Source of the DNA: a virus
Virus record (IMG/VR): IMGVR_UViG_3300007775_000001
Span: 50,951 to 114,950 of that record
DNA length: 64,000 bases
Strand: one strand, 5' to 3'
Below the pieces are notes generated by a model. The model was given only the letters and a program-made list of their open reading frames with translations, searched no databases and had not been told where the DNA came from. This document shows, one piece after another, positions 17,685 through 25,488 of this stretch (positions within the stretch are counted from its first letter, which is position 1; each line of letters starts with the position of its first letter). The position numbers and the translations under genes were made by a program.

Positions 17685-18194
17685 ATGCATGTTCGCAATG
17701 CAGTATGTAACGCGATTCAAGATTGTGTCGATCACAAGGAAGGCAAGTTCAGTGAGTCTGCGAATCTGAGAGATGATCTTGGTGTGGATTCACTTGATAT
17801 CGTGGAGATCGTGATGCAGGTTGAAGAGGAATTGGGTATCATGATCGAAGATGACCAGTTCAGCAACCTGATGACTGTAGGAGAGTTGATGCGTGTCGTT
17901 GAGAAGGCGACAGGCTATCGGAAGAGGGGTGTGAGCGATACGATTGAAGTCCTTGTGGTTGGACATGCAAGTTTGGTGGCACGCGAAGCTTCTCGTCGCA
18001 AGATTCCCTTTGTGTTCTTGCGCGAGATTCGCGGAAAGGTGAATGGTCTCGAAGGCCCAACTGTGCATACGGTTGGGAAGGTCAATCAGGTTTTCCGTGA
18101 CGATGTTGAAAAGTGGGAGAAGGAGAGTTGTCAGACATGGGCCGGGATTCATATCCCTGGGTCATTGGTGCAGATCAGTAACAAGCCCTTGTAG
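17685..18194 (+). CDS. acpP: acyl carrier protein fused to an unknown C-terminal domain
   Basis: DDLGVDSLDIVEIVMQVEEELGI.IED......TVGEL; DSL phosphopantetheine serine. Confidence 0.85.
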   Translation: MHVRNAVCNAIQDCVDHKEGKFSESANLRDDLGVDSLDIVEIVMQVEEELGIMIEDDQFSNLMTVGELMRVVEKATGYRKRGVSDTIEVLVVGHASLVAREASRRKIPFVFLREIRGKVNGLEGPTVHTVGKVNQVFRDDVEKWEKESCQTWAGIHIPGSLVQISNKPL

Positions 18195-18258
18195 CTCAGC
18201 TAGGCAGAGCGGCTGTTTTGTAAACAGCGGGTCGGCGGTTCGATTCCGTCCAGGGGCT
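18185..18258 (+). tRNA. tRNA-Thr(TGT)
   Basis: TT-TGT-AA. Confidence 0.9.
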
Positions 18259-18259
18259 C

Positions 18260-18330
18260 TTAGGGATCGTCTAGTGGTAGGACGCTGGGCTCTGAACTCA
18301 GAAACCTTGGTTCGAATCCAAGTCCCTAAA
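18260..18330 (+). tRNA. tRNA-Gln(CTG)
   Basis: CT-CTG-AA. Confidence 0.9.
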
Positions 18331-18331
18331 C

Positions 18332-18405
18332 CTGGGTGTAGCTCTTAACGGTAGAGCGCGTGCTTTGGGAGCATGAGGCTGCTGGTTCGAATCCAGTCAC
18401 CCAGA
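18332..18405 (+). tRNA. tRNA-Pro(TGG)
   Basis: TT-TGG-GA. Confidence 0.9.
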
Positions 18406-18411
18406 CTACAT

Positions 18412-18485
18412 GGCGTGGGTAGCCAAGCGGTTAAGGCAGAAGGCTGTGAACCTTCCATGCATGGGTTCGAATCCCATCCCTCGCC
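18412..18485 (+). tRNA. tRNA-His(GTG)
   Basis: CT-GTG-AA; G-1 and C73. Confidence 0.9.
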
Positions 18486-18693
18486 CTGGAGGCACACCAA
18501 TGATCAGTTTGATGTTACCGAATGCTTCGCGTTCAGAAGTGATTGCGGTGAGTCGAATGGTTGCGCGCATGAAGGTCGGAATGCATGTCACACGGGCGAG
18601 AGACGCAGTGTGCGATCATTCGCAATGGAGTTGGGATACCCATGGTCGGGTGTGTGACTGTGGGGCGTTCATGGTTGATTTCGGAGATTGACG

Positions 18694-19062
18694 ATGGGCC
18701 ACAAAGAGAAGCTGATCAAAGTGAACGCTCTGATTGACGAGGGCGTTATCCCGCTTGTGGAAGCATTGAATGAGCTTCCCCGCGTGGTGACTTACAATAG
18801 CTGCGAGCAGTACAACGGTAAGGCAGAGGTGATGTTTCATATCATCGAGCCTGAGCGTGGAGAAGAGCCACGATTCGTGCGTGATCTGTCGAAGCAAATT
18901 GCTCGCATCAACGGAGATTTTGCTGTATGCTTGAGTCTTGAATGGTTTGCTGGAGGTGATGCGTCGATGTGGCTTCGTGTCCCTACTGAGCAAGTCGAGG
19001 TGGTAGCGAGCGCGATCAGACTGATTGCTACGGAGAGAAAAAGGAATGCCTCTCAAGAATAA
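18694..19062 (+). CDS. hypothetical protein with TYW3-like N-terminal motif
   Basis: IDEGVIPLVEALNEL..VVTYNSCE. Confidence 0.55.
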   Translation: MGHKEKLIKVNALIDEGVIPLVEALNELPRVVTYNSCEQYNGKAEVMFHIIEPERGEEPRFVRDLSKQIARINGDFAVCLSLEWFAGGDASMWLRVPTEQVEVVASAIRLIATERKRNASQE

Positions 19063-19429
19063 GACCCAACCGATCTATCTAACACCGGATTGGAGATTCT
19101 ACCAGGACGGTAACAACTTTGTGCTTGAGCACAAGGAGCGGGTCAGGAAGAAGGATGGTATCAACATGGCCGAGCGATGGTCGCAATTTTTTTACTCGTC
19201 GCTCGAAGCTGCTGTGCCAGGGCTGCTTAGTCGTGATATCATGGCTGGCAGAACTCTGGAGGAAATGAAGACTCGTCTTGAGGAGACGGCTCAACGGATC
19301 ATCTCTGTTCTTCGGGGTGCTCCTAATTTTGGTGTAGCACAGCGGTTGGCAGATGTGGGTGAGTCAGACCCGAATGTCACGGCTGTACCTCGAAGGCGGT
19401 TTTTTCGGCGCAACCGCCAAGCAACCTAA
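19046..19429 (+). CDS. hypothetical protein
   Basis: GGAG RBS; overlaps upstream gene end. Confidence 0.6.
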   Translation: MPLKNKTQPIYLTPDWRFYQDGNNFVLEHKERVRKKDGINMAERWSQFFYSSLEAAVPGLLSRDIMAGRTLEEMKTRLEETAQRIISVLRGAPNFGVAQRLADVGESDPNVTAVPRRRFFRRNRQAT

Positions 19430-19466
19430 CCAAAGCGTCGATTCTCTCTGTCGGAGTTAGAACCCG

Positions 19467-19622
19467 ATGAGTAACACACAGCAAGTCAACATGAAGGATC
19501 ACGTCGAATCGCTGATCAAGAAGGCAGCAACGGCGGCAAGAGCGGACGAGGCGATGAAGTTCTCGCAAGCTGCAACCAATGCCGCGAATGCGATGTGTGC
19601 ATTGCGAGAGGCGATGAAATAG
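19467..19622 (+). CDS. small hypothetical protein (51 aa, absent from ORF track)
   Basis: GGAG RBS; MSNTQQVNMKDHVESLIKKAATAARADEAMKFSQAATNAANAMCALREAMK; followed by GC hairpin 19630-19656. Confidence 0.6.
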   Translation: MSNTQQVNMKDHVESLIKKAATAARADEAMKFSQAATNAANAMCALREAMK

Positions 19623-19659
19623 AACGGTGGCGGGCGGGATGAGTCTCGCCCGCTTTCAT

Positions 19660-19732
19660 GTTGCGATAGCTCAGTCCGGTAGAGCGGTGGGTTGAAGCCC
19701 CATATGCAGAGGTTCGATTCCTCTTCGCAACA
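19660..19732 (+). tRNA. tRNA-Phe(GAA)
   Basis: TT-GAA-GC. Confidence 0.9.
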
Positions 19733-19733
19733 C

Positions 19734-19762
19734 TTGACAAACGGTAGCACATGTAGTACAGT
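19734..19762 (+). promoter_or_regulatory. sigma70 promoter sharing the cassette spacer
   Basis: TTGACA-17-TACAGT with GTAGCACATGTAGTACA. Confidence 0.65.
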
Positions 19763-19798
19763 ACAAGAGCGGTGGATATCTTGTGGAGGAAGTGATTC

Positions 19799-19886
19799 GG
19801 GGATGTGCGTCAAGTGGCGAAGACAGCGGACTGTAAATCCGTGACCCATGCGGTAAACATCGAAGGTTCGACTCCTTCCGTCCCCA
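19799..19886 (+). tRNA. tRNA-Tyr(GTA)
   Basis: Class II; CT-GTA-AA. Confidence 0.9.
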
Positions 19887-19907
19887 CTGACAACGTGATG
19901 AGCTATC

Positions 19908-20339
19908 ATGCCGATTAAGATCGGGCGGTTCCAGGGTGAGTACAGGTTCCTGAGCAATTTTTGGCCTGCTCGTGTGAACTACGGAGGGATAGACTTCCCC
20001 ACCGTAGAACATGCCTATCAGGCTGCCAAAACGGACGATCAGAAGGCTCGTTTGGAGATTGCCAAGGCCCGTACTCCTGGGGTGGCAAAACGCCTTGGGA
20101 AGCGTGTTACGATGCGTCATAATTGGGATAGCATCAAGCTCAAGGTGATGAGTGTTCTGGTGACACAGAAGTTCACGAGCAATCCGCTTCTGAAGAAGCT
20201 TTTGCTTGACACCGGAGATGCGGAACTGATAGAAGGGAACGATTGGAATGACACCTTCTGGGGTATCTGTCGTGGGAAGGGTAGCAACCATCTGGGCAAG
20301 ATTTTGATGAGTGTTCGCGAATCGCTCAGATTGGTATGA
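19908..20339 (+). CDS. NADAR family protein (YbiA-like)
   Basis: FLSNF...FPTVEHAYQAAK...AKRLGK...W...M...KF...LLDTGDAELIEGN.W.D.FWG...G.N.LGKILM.VR. Confidence 0.92.
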   Translation: MPIKIGRFQGEYRFLSNFWPARVNYGGIDFPTVEHAYQAAKTDDQKARLEIAKARTPGVAKRLGKRVTMRHNWDSIKLKVMSVLVTQKFTSNPLLKKLLLDTGDAELIEGNDWNDTFWGICRGKGSNHLGKILMSVRESLRLV

Positions 20340-20340
20340 T

Positions 20341-20413
20341 GTGGGTCTAACTCAACTGGTAGAGTGTCGGCCTTCCAAGCCGGATGTTGCGGGTTCGACT
20401 CCCGTGGCCCACT
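20341..20413 (+). tRNA. tRNA-Gly(TCC)
   Basis: CT-TCC-AA. Confidence 0.9.
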
Positions 20414-20482
20414 TAGGCAGATTGCGAGACTGGTGTGATTCGCTCCATTGTGACTGAGAGTGTCACCGTGATCTGCCTTCAT

Positions 20483-20557
20483 GGGGTATGGGACTGCTAG
20501 GGGTGGTCATCTGCCTTGCAAGCAGAACACAGCCCGGTTCGAATCCGGGATACTCCA
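20483..20557 (+). tRNA. tRNA-Ala(TGC)
   Basis: CT-TGC-AA; G3:U70. Confidence 0.85.
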
Positions 20558-20560
20558 TTG

Positions 20561-20646
20561 GCCCGTTTGTGCTAGGTAGAGACAACGAGATCAGCTAACC
20601 ACTGATCAAGCGGCTTGCCAAGGTGGTTCCTTGGTGCTGGCGGGCA
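20561..20646 (+). ncRNA. degenerate tRNA-like element
   Basis: 7-bp acceptor-like stem, D-loop-like GCTAGGTAGAG, GATCAG/CTGATC arm with 7-nt loop, CCAAGG/CCTTGG arm lacking TTCGA. Confidence 0.4.
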
Positions 20647-20653
20647 TTGTAAT

Positions 20654-20733
20654 GCCGATGTGGTGAAACTGGCAGACACGTCACCTTGAGGGGGTGATGC
20701 TTCGGCGTACAGGTTCGAGTCCTGTCATCGGCA
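20654..20733 (+). tRNA. tRNA-Leu(GAG)
   Basis: Class II; TT-GAG-GG. Confidence 0.9.
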
Positions 20734-20735
20734 CT

Positions 20736-20930
20736 GTAGGGAGTAGGGCACGGGGAGTTGTCTACGCTGTGAAAGCTGGTGATCGATCAATCGCCGGTGA
20801 GGGTTGAATGGTTAAGACCGGAAACCCAAGTAGCAGCTATCGAGGCGTACCCCACGGTTAGGCCTAGTAACTGCGCGAAGCGACCAGAATGCCGAGCATG
20901 AACGGGGGTTCGGGACTTCTCGTTTCCTAC
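20736..20930 (+). ncRNA. candidate ~195-nt structured RNA
   Basis: Terminal pairings GTAGG/CCTAC and ACGGGGAGT/ACTTCTCGT with several internal stems; no ORF. Confidence 0.45.
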
Positions 20931-20937
20931 TTCTGAC

Positions 20938-21279
20938 ATGGAACACAAAGAGCTATTCAACGCGATTAAGGCTCTGTATAGTGAAGAGCCATACGTGACT
21001 CAGCATGAGATTGCGGTAGCTCTGAATCAAATGAAGGTACGGCCAATTGGTGCGAGACAATGGACAGCGTCAACCGTATCGTTGTTCATGGTGCATCATG
21101 GGTGCGTGAGACGGAAGCTGCACAGGGCTTTCGAATGGCGGCGGCCTTCACAGATCGGTTGTAGACAATGCATTGAGCAGGGCGTAGAGTACGATACCAA
21201 ACAACTTGCTCCATGGATCAGAATCGCCATAGAGCGCGGGAAATTGAGGTTGAGAGATGAGAATCCATACACGGCGTGA
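20938..21279 (+). CDS. hypothetical protein with recombinase-type DNA-binding motif
   Basis: EIAVALNQMKVRPIGARQWTASTV resembles the IA..LN..G......W....V recombinase motif. Confidence 0.5.
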   Translation: MEHKELFNAIKALYSEEPYVTQHEIAVALNQMKVRPIGARQWTASTVSLFMVHHGCVRRKLHRAFEWRRPSQIGCRQCIEQGVEYDTKQLAPWIRIAIERGKLRLRDENPYTA

Positions 21280-21302
21280 AGAGATGGAGAGCGAGGAGAT
21301 GC

Positions 21303-21378
21303 GCTCCCATCGTCTAGTGGTCTAGGATATCAGACTTTCAATCTGATGACACGGGTTCGAATCCCGTTGGGAGTACCA
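21303..21378 (+). tRNA. tRNA-Glu(TTC)
   Basis: CT-TTC-AA; encoded CCA. Confidence 0.9.
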
Positions 21379-21462
21379 CATGTTCAAGAAGCACGATTGG
21401 GTTCTGGTGGTTGTTGTTGGAGCATTGTGTGCTGCTGTCATGTGGGTGTGGTTGTTCTAGCT

Positions 21463-21538
21463 ACCCTTGTGGCGGAACTGGTAGACGCGCTACGTTCAGA
21501 CCGTAGTTGTATTGGGAGTTCGAGTCTCCCCAAGGGTA
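21463..21538 (+). tRNA. tRNA-Leu(CAG), short variable arm
   Basis: TT-CAG-AC. Confidence 0.85.
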
Positions 21539-21541
21539 TTT

Positions 21542-21617
21542 GCCTCTGTGGCCTAGTCTGGTTCAGGGCAACAGGTTGTCAACCTGGAGATCACGGGTTC
21601 GAATCCCGTCAGGGGCG
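21542..21617 (+). tRNA. tRNA-Asp(GTC)
   Basis: TT-GTC-AA. Confidence 0.9.
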
Positions 21618-21622
21618 TACAC

Positions 21623-21696
21623 AGGTCGGTAGCTCAGCTAGGTAGAGCGGCGGCTTCCAAACCCGCTGGTCGAGGGTTCGAATCCTTCCCGGCCTG
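21623..21696 (+). tRNA. tRNA-Trp(CCA)
   Basis: TT-CCA-AA. Confidence 0.88.
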
Positions 21697-21716
21697 CTTT
21701 CAAAAGGAGATTGACC

Positions 21717-21929
21717 ATGAAAATCAGTGTTGATGCATTCGAAGATGCTGTGACCCGATGGAAGCAGAGTGGCGCACGAGACGGAACGCATCAACGCCTG
21801 GGTCAATACTTGATGAACGTCTTCTTTGCTCATCAGCCGGGGATTTCTGTTCCTGGAATTTTCTACGAGGAAGACTGGAAGAAGGCGTACGCAATGTTCA
21901 GGGAGCGGTTTGTCGATAACCAACTCTGA
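21717..21929 (+). CDS. hypothetical protein
   Basis: AAGGAG RBS; QRLGQYLMN motif. Confidence 0.6.
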   Translation: MKISVDAFEDAVTRWKQSGARDGTHQRLGQYLMNVFFAHQPGISVPGIFYEEDWKKAYAMFRERFVDNQL

Positions 21930-21991
21930 CTTCCTCTTCAGGAACAGTTGCAAGACTTGAAAGAGAAGCTGATAGAGGAGATGAAGATCAT

Positions 21992-22063
21992 TGCTCCGTA
22001 GCTCAGGGGTAGAGCGGTGGTTTTACAAGCCGCTGGTCGTAGGTTCGAATCCTACCGGGGCAA
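21992..22063 (+). tRNA. tRNA-Val(TAC)
   Basis: TT-TAC-AA. Confidence 0.9.
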
Positions 22064-22079
22064 CTAGGTTGTGCAATCA

Positions 22080-22153
22080 GGGCTGGTAGCTCAATCGGTC
22101 AGAGCGGCTGACTCATAATCAGAAGGCTGCTGGTTCGAGTCCAGCCCAGCCCA
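22080..22153 (+). tRNA. tRNA-CAT (Ile2 or elongator Met)
   Basis: CT-CAT-AA; GGGCT start as in Ile2. Confidence 0.85.
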
Positions 22154-22156
22154 TAT

Positions 22157-22230
22157 TGGACAGTAGCTCAGTCGGTTAGAGCGCGATCCTGATACGGTCG
22201 AGGTCGAAGGTTCGATTCCTTCCTGTCCAA
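22157..22230 (+). tRNA. tRNA-Ile(GAT)
   Basis: CT-GAT-AC. Confidence 0.9.
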
Positions 22231-22305
22231 CTGACGATCCGATTTGGTAGCGTTGATGCTCCATAGACGTTCTGGGTCGAGATCAGTTGTACTTTAATAT
22301 GGAGC

Positions 22306-22429
22306 ATGATGGTGGCGTATCAACGCATGCGGTGAAGCCGTGCGAGTAACTGTTGGCGCGCATGACAGGAATCGACGGAAGAAACTGCCGTGGCGAGTCC
22401 CCGGAGTGATAACCGGGCGTCACCATCAT
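22306..22429 (+). ncRNA. candidate oversized cloverleaf-like RNA
   Basis: 12-bp closing stem ATGATGGTGGCG/CGTCACCATCAT enclosing four hairpins. Confidence 0.45.
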
Positions 22430-22431
22430 CT

Positions 22432-22504
22432 GTGGATGTAGCTCAATCGGCAGAGCGTCACGTTGCCAACGTGAAGGTTGTGGGATCGTTGCCCATCATC
22501 CACT
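22432..22504 (+). tRNA. tRNA-Gly(GCC)
   Basis: TT-GCC-AA; atypical T loop (GATCGTTG). Confidence 0.85.
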
Positions 22505-22509
22505 TGCAC

Positions 22510-22582
22510 TGTCCTGTAGCTTAGTCGGTAGAGCGAGTGCCTGTTAAGCACTTTGTCGTTGGTTCGAGCCCAACCAGGACAG
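22510..22582 (+). tRNA. tRNA-Asn(GTT)
   Basis: CT-GTT-AA. Confidence 0.9.
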
Positions 22583-22604
22583 CTAAATCTAAAAGAGACC
22601 AACC

Positions 22605-23276
22605 ATGACCATGCGGGACTGTGACATTCATGCGGCAATCGAAGCCGGTGAGCTTTCAATTGATCCGTACGATCCGGATTCCGTAGGGCCTGCATCAATC
22701 GATCTGACTCTGAGTGTTTATTTCATGAGGGTGGATGGTCAGGGTACGGGTGGGGTGATCAGAATGGATCAACCCATCGAGTACGAGAAGTTTACTCGCC
22801 AGCGTGTGATTATCCCTCCGAAGTCCTTCATTCTTGCTAGTACCATCGAGCGTGTTACTCTTCCCGCTGATATCTGTGCAAAGGTCGAGGGTCGATCATC
22901 TATCGGTCGTATGGGTCTGTTTGTACAGAATGCTGGATGGGTTGATCCTGGTTGGGATGGGTGTCTGACTCTGGAACTGTACAACGCCAACGAGTTCCCC
23001 ATCGAGATCGTTGCTGGTCGCCGGATTTGTCAATTGGTGTTGGATCGTATGACCGGCCCGGTTGACAAGCCCTATGCTGGAAAGTACAAGGGCGATGGAT
23101 CGGTAGCAGGTAGTCGTATCTACAAGGATTGGGAAGCGTTGCTTGATGACTGCGAAATCTGCAATGGAGAGTTAGGCGGGGTCAAGGGAAATGAGAACGT
23201 CATTCATGGCAAGAAGGTCTGTGACTACTGTTATGCGAAGATGATGCGAGGAGAGATTCTGTACCCCGAAGGTTGA
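22605..23276 (+). CDS. dcd: dCTP deaminase with C-terminal CxxC-CxxC extension
   Basis: PASIDLTL, EGRSSIGRMGL, AGWVDPGWDG.LTLEL, RICQL, Y.GKY. Confidence 0.93.
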   Translation: MTMRDCDIHAAIEAGELSIDPYDPDSVGPASIDLTLSVYFMRVDGQGTGGVIRMDQPIEYEKFTRQRVIIPPKSFILASTIERVTLPADICAKVEGRSSIGRMGLFVQNAGWVDPGWDGCLTLELYNANEFPIEIVAGRRICQLVLDRMTGPVDKPYAGKYKGDGSVAGSRIYKDWEALLDDCEICNGELGGVKGNENVIHGKKVCDYCYAKMMRGEILYPEG

Positions 23277-23283
23277 CAAATCT

Positions 23284-23364
23284 GCCCGCGTGGTGGAATC
23301 TGGTAGACACAACAGGCTCAAACCCTGTGGCTTCGGCGTCCCGGTTCGAATCCGGGCGCGGGTA
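23284..23364 (+). tRNA. tRNA-Leu(CAA)
   Basis: Class II; CT-CAA-AC. Confidence 0.9.
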
Positions 23365-23444
23365 TTTTTTTGGCTTGAGTTGAGAGAATTGTCCGTCAAT
23401 GTCAGAGAACGTTGATACATCAGGATACACCAAGAGGAATCACG

Positions 23445-23957
23445 ATGATCAAATATGATTTTAAGATTGGTTGGTTTGAAAGCGAGTCGGAAGAGTATCC
23501 GTCTGACAACTTTGTGACCGGTGTACTATTCAAGAGAGGCGGAAAAGCTTTGATTTCTCATATCATCGATCTTCGGACAGAATGGCCTATCTGTAATCCG
23601 CCGAAGATGAGCAAGAAGACATGGAATAGACCACCGAAAACAGAGATTGTGAAACTCTTTTCTGAAGTTAATTTTGGTGTGAGTACCTTTCATTTGGATT
23701 GCATGGTTTGTTTTGACATGTATGCCAAGACACTGACAGACAAGAAAAGTTCTGCACTGGCTGTGTACAACATAAGGAAGGAAATGATGGATCACAATGA
23801 TCCTCTTTCCAAGGCTGGTTATGATGACTGCGTCATCATCAAGGAAAATAGTCTTGTCAAAGCCAAGGTTTCTGAATTCATTGAAAGAGGAATTAAAGAG
23901 AGGGGGGAAAGGAGGGGTGATCGAAATACTCACTCTGGAAAACGAAAAGCAAAATAG
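23445..23957 (+). CDS. hypothetical protein
   Basis: GAGG RBS; lower GC. Confidence 0.55.
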   Translation: MIKYDFKIGWFESESEEYPSDNFVTGVLFKRGGKALISHIIDLRTEWPICNPPKMSKKTWNRPPKTEIVKLFSEVNFGVSTFHLDCMVCFDMYAKTLTDKKSSALAVYNIRKEMMDHNDPLSKAGYDDCVIIKENSLVKAKVSEFIERGIKERGERRGDRNTHSGKRKAK

Positions 23958-23974
23958 AAAACCAAAGGAGAGAC

Positions 23975-24478
23975 ATGACCAGCATGTATATCTTGGAAGA
24001 CGGAAAGCCAAAGCTGGTGACTGATGAATTGGAATGGGGTCACTGGTTCGAGGCGAACAATCACAAGCGGATTGTAGCGCGAACGTACTACTCCGCGATT
24101 CTGGATGGAGAGCATTTTGTCTCAACCGTGTTTTTGGCTCTGGATCATGGGTGGCGCGACGATGGGGGCGATCCTGTCTTGTGGGAAACCCTGGACTTCC
24201 CTGGCTATGATGTGATGCGGCGATACACCTCAAAAGAAGACGCGATCAAAGGTCATTGGGATGTGGTCAAGCTCTTCCCGCTGAAGGTGTATCGGTTGAA
24301 GATCACGACGTATAACCGTGCGGTCTATTACCGTAACGTGTCTGGGATCAGCATAAGTGAGGCAATCCAGATCATCAAGTCTGAGGCATGGCCGTTTGGT
24401 GTGGAGTTCATCGAAGTCGAGGAAGAAGTCAAGTACGGTTGGAAGATGCACAAGTTGGTCTACCAAAATGAGGATTAG
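23975..24478 (+). CDS. conserved phage hypothetical protein
   Basis: AAGGAG RBS; VSTVFLALDH...PVLWET motif. Confidence 0.75.
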   Translation: MTSMYILEDGKPKLVTDELEWGHWFEANNHKRIVARTYYSAILDGEHFVSTVFLALDHGWRDDGGDPVLWETLDFPGYDVMRRYTSKEDAIKGHWDVVKLFPLKVYRLKITTYNRAVYYRNVSGISISEAIQIIKSEAWPFGVEFIEVEEEVKYGWKMHKLVYQNED

Positions 24479-24720
24479 CCTTTTAGGATTGAATTCTTGG
24501 AGGTTCTGATATGGTTTTTGTCGTTCAGGTGTATCGAGGAAACAGGGTTTCTGGTAGATGGGAAGATGTTAAAGATAGGCGTAATTTCGAGCTTGCTAGG
24601 GGCGATGCCTGGGCTCTTTCTCAAAAAAAGTCTGAAGGGTCGTATGGTGCCCTTACAAGAGTGATCATACGGTCAGAGGCAGTATTGTGCAGGTTCGGTC
24701 AGTTGGATCGAAAATGAGCC

Positions 24721-24774
24721 TTGACTTTCCGTCATACATGTAGTACATTAGAATCGTGGCTGAGAGAGAAACCC
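24721..24774 (+). promoter_or_regulatory. early sigma70 promoter cassette
   Basis: TTGACT-17-TACATT with TACATGTAGTACA and GTGGCTGAGAGAGAAACCC. Confidence 0.78.
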
Positions 24775-24808
24775 CGGCGGAACCGGGAACCTAGACCGAG
24801 GGTGGATC

Positions 24809-25033
24809 ATGAAAACAGTGCTGAGCGACTGCCGCGTCCACACGCTGGAGGAGGCAATAACGGCTTTGCAGGACATCGCCAAGGCATATGCTGGGGATGA
24901 ACGCTCCAGCAGCCCCGCAGAGATTCACCTCGCACATTCTGGACGGTTCGGTGGGGATGGCTGGCAGTTGTATCTCCATGAGGAATCGCTATCCGATGGA
25001 TCGGTGGTGCTCAGTCTGCTAGTCGCCGCCTGA
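24809..25033 (+). CDS. hypothetical early protein
   Basis: First ORF after promoter. Confidence 0.6.
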   Translation: MKTVLSDCRVHTLEEAITALQDIAKAYAGDERSSSPAEIHLAHSGRFGGDGWQLYLHEESLSDGSVVLSLLVAA

Positions 25034-25110
25034 CGCCAGCAAGAGGCTCCACGCTACACAGCACGGGCCTGGACGCTACCAGGAACCTTGAAATCTGAGG
25101 CAGAACAACA

Positions 25111-25452
25111 ATGGACGCCAAGATCATTGCAATCTGGAATCAATCTTGCCTGCGGGCGGGGGAGCAATGCCGCGCCTGTGAAGACCGGAAACTGTCGCAG
25201 TCATACCCATTGTACGACGTGACCTTGTATCTGTACACGGAGCCGCGCCAAGTCGTGAGCTATGCTCGTGCTCTGTTCCGGCGCTCCCGCAAGAGCGAGC
25301 ATCGCGACAACGGCGTCTATCTGCGGGCCGTCGCCCGGAACCTGATACGTGGCCTCGACTTTCCCGACGATCTTGACGGCCTGGAAACCGTCAATCTTTA
25401 TGGGTCTCCCGTACCTATCACGCCGGACGATTGTGTGCGGTTGGATCGCTAA
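25111..25452 (+). CDS. hypothetical protein
   Basis: GAGG RBS. Confidence 0.55.
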   Translation: MDAKIIAIWNQSCLRAGEQCRACEDRKLSQSYPLYDVTLYLYTEPRQVVSYARALFRRSRKSEHRDNGVYLRAVARNLIRGLDFPDDLDGLETVNLYGSPVPITPDDCVRLDR

Positions 25453-25472
25453 CCCCAGCGGAGCGGGAGTCG

Positions 25473-25488
25473 GTTTCTACGTAGAAAC
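25473..25488. repeat. dispersed 16-bp palindrome, copy 4
   Basis: GTTTCTACGTAGAAAC, intergenic. Confidence 0.95.

Noticed and set aside
22320-22350. Group II intron domain 5-like hairpin
   Set aside because: Lacks the AGC/CGC triad with AC bulge geometry, and no other intron domains or interrupted gene
16667-22698. ORF-track calls overlapping tRNAs (e.g. 17141-17698, 17151-17405, 17369-17674, 21346-21645)
   Set aside because: Spurious translations of tRNA genes
16605-23364. Stop-codon reassignment or Sec/suppressor tRNAs
   Set aside because: No CTA/TTA/TCA anticodons (Ser TGA reads UCA); core genes are intact under code 11 and end in TAG, TGA and TAA
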